Part shown: positions 62,226 to 64,000 of the stretch, in pieces | Numbering within the stretch: the first letter of the stretch is position 1 | Layout of the letters: each line of letters opens with the position of its first letter | DNA from: Giardia intestinalis | Lineage: Eukaryota | Assembly: GCA_000002435.2 (NCBI GenBank) | Contig: CM018793.1 | Direction: 5' to 3' (one strand) | DNA length: 64,000 nucleotides | Notes under the pieces: generated by a model | Database searches by the model: none | What the model was told of the DNA's origin: nothing | Seen by the model: the letters and a program-made list of their open reading frames with translations, nothing else | Made by a program: the position numbers and the translations under genes

Positions 62226-64000
62226 ATGGAGACACGCGCCTACACCCACAGAGACTACGCATACAGAGCGCACCGTTTACTACAGGCGGCCCGAGTGTTC
62301 TCAGCGAATTCAGATCCCTCCTTTCTCCTCGTTGTCTACAGCAGGAACTTTGGCTTTGACCCTGTGTCAAAGGCGATCCTATCTTATTTGCTAGAAGGCA
62401 CCGCGGGGTATTCATCGTTCATTAGTGTGCAGGATTTTGACGACATCGCCCTCTGTATTGACGTTGTTCAGGGCACGTTCTTGTGGTATTTTCCTACGCA
62501 GGAGCTATTGGATCAATACAGACATATTATCTCTGGGGTGTTGAGCTCCTATGTCTATATTGGCTTTACAGATCCTCTGGTATCGAAGACAAACTCTCTG
62601 GAAGACGCTGGAGGCACCAAAAACACAAGCTCGCACGAAACTCCGTACCTTTCTCTCCGCGTGGTTGGATGCCGCCGTTATGCCTCCTTAGCTGAGGCAG
62701 CATGCACTAAAGGCTTCGCTAGCAAGGTGCTTGAGTATGAAGACAGCAGCAGTGTTTTAGATGTTCCCCTTCTTGCATTCTTGCGCGACGCACTCATCCC
62801 CGTCGACGTTTCTGCCGATACAACCCAGACAGCATCTCCGAAGGCCACGCATGGTAATACACAAATACGACAAGACAGCACCAACAAGAGTTGCTGCTCA
62901 CTCAACCAATCGGAGTGTGCATCGCATTTCACAGTATACAGTGCAATTGAGGGCCCAGCCCAGCCGGGGTCTGACCCTCGTTACAGAGAGTTTTTGGAGT
63001 CTATTCCGTCAATGGCTTTAAAAGCTTTGCCTATTGATGTGCTTTATCAGTGTTTATATCATGTAGACATGTGTTCGGCGCGCACGCTCTACCGCTCGAT
63101 GCACTTGCTCGAGCTGCAATGCTTAGAGTGCGTCAATAAGTCCAAAGACCTCGTGGCATCTATCCCTCCTGGCACGGCAGACATAGGACAAATGCTCTTG
63201 GCCTCCATCTCTGAACCGATGGTAGCAGAGTTCACGAACAAGAGGACTCATTATCTTGACATCTGTGCTGCCATGCGAGCGGCAAACGCTACAGATGATT
63301 TCTTTAACAGGACAACCACTGTTAAGTACTATCCACTGATGCTTCTAGCTGCAAAGACGGCTGGTGACGGCACTCGCGCGCTCACATGCGGTGGAATTAT
63401 TGATATAAACGTCGTCCATCCGCTATATCCTTTGCAAGTACGGAGATCACTTATTGTAGAGCCATATAAGTCCACGCAATCGGATGCAAAAGACATAGAT
63501 TGTGTGCCATCATCTGTTGTCAATGCATTTTATAGCATTGCAGGTGCCGTTGCCTCTCAGCTGCCCGAGCTCGTCACACTTCTCGCCGATGAGCTGGGCC
63601 TGGGAAGCAAGCTGTATGCAAAGAGTGATGACCTTGCAAAGGCAGTAGAGTCATCGTTAGGACCATTAAAGAATAAGATATCGGGCACCCTAACTACATC
63701 CATGCAAGCGGAGAACTTCTCTGTTAACGCAGCAACACTGAAACAGGCGATCAATCTTACAAGTAATGCTATAAAGATCTCCTGTGAGTACTACAATCTG
63801 GGGATGACAAAGGTAGTATATGGCCGCGTCCTGTACCACATCAACCTTGCTATTCAGGTACGCTTGCCCTACACATCTTCGCACGTCCTGGCCTTGACGA
63901 TTGTGCATGGGGATACACTGCTTACATATCCAGGGGGGTACTATTGCATGGGTTCGCAGCTACTGGCATCTAAGAACACGGTTACCCGGCTCCGTTGCAG
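62226..64000 (+). CDS. Hypothetical protein, partial, running off the window end (at least 591 aa)
   Basis: Manual translation from ATG 62226 shows no stop through position 64000. It is not in the ORF track because no stop lies within the window. Confidence 0.6.
   Translation, partial: METRAYTHRDYAYRAHRLLQAARVFSANSDPSFLLVVYSRNFGFDPVSKAILSYLLEGTAGYSSFISVQDFDDIALCIDVVQGTFLWYFPTQELLDQYRHIISGVLSSYVYIGFTDPLVSKTNSLEDAGGTKNTSSHETPYLSLRVVGCRRYASLAEAACTKGFASKVLEYEDSSSVLDVPLLAFLRDALIPVDVSADTTQTASPKATHGNTQIRQDSTNKSCCSLNQSECASHFTVYSAIEGPAQPGSDPRYREFLESIPSMALKALPIDVLYQCLYHVDMCSARTLYRSMHLLELQCLECVNKSKDLVASIPPGTADIGQMLLASISEPMVAEFTNKRTHYLDICAAMRAANATDDFFNRTTTVKYYPLMLLAAKTAGDGTRALTCGGIIDINVVHPLYPLQVRRSLIVEPYKSTQSDAKDIDCVPSSVVNAFYSIAGAVASQLPELVTLLADELGLGSKLYAKSDDLAKAVESSLGPLKNKISGTLTTSMQAENFSVNAATLKQAINLTSNAIKISCEYYNLGMTKVVYGRVLYHINLAIQVRLPYTSSHVLALTIVHGDTLLTYPGGYYCMGSQLLASKNTVTRLRC

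Overview
This window is eukaryotic, not prokaryotic, and almost certainly comes from a Giardia (diplomonad) genome. The evidence is several long intron-less genes with very short AT-rich leaders directly before the ATG, an expanded-family NEK-type kinase fused to ankyrin repeats, tenascin-like EGF-repeat proteins, and above all two variant-specific surface protein (VSP) genes. The VSPs carry the CRGKA C-terminus, a GGCY motif, many CXXC motifs, and the VSP-specific extended polyadenylation signal ACTTAGGTAGTAAAC overlapping the stop codon. The supplied ORF track appears to use bacterial alternative start codons (TTG/GTG shown as M), so I re-anchored several starts to the first plausible ATG. 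Housekeeping-type genes flank the centre: glycogen phosphorylase, a Nudix hydrolase, a HECT E3 ligase of about 2630 aa, a Rab-like GTPase, Myb/SANT, SPRY and B-box proteins, and a 2729-aa coiled-coil/low-complexity protein. The centre is a large perfect inverted repeat. Its arms run 22633-29150 and 30720-37239 and are identical in every stretch I compared. Each arm carries an identical VSP gene, arranged tail-to-tail, plus about 4.7 kb of ORF-free sequence. The arms are separated by a roughly 1.57-kb unique spacer (29151-30719) that is strongly T-poor on the top strand. The right edge of the repeat abuts a start-less EGF-like cysteine-rich gene fragment. This is followed by a GC3-rich block holding a membrane-anchored cathepsin L-like protease about 640 aa long, and then an N-terminally truncated DEAD-box helicase. 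The ends of the window cut two further genes, 1..1771 on the minus strand and 62226..64000 on the plus strand. I found no rRNA, tRNA, CRISPR array or recognisable transposon.
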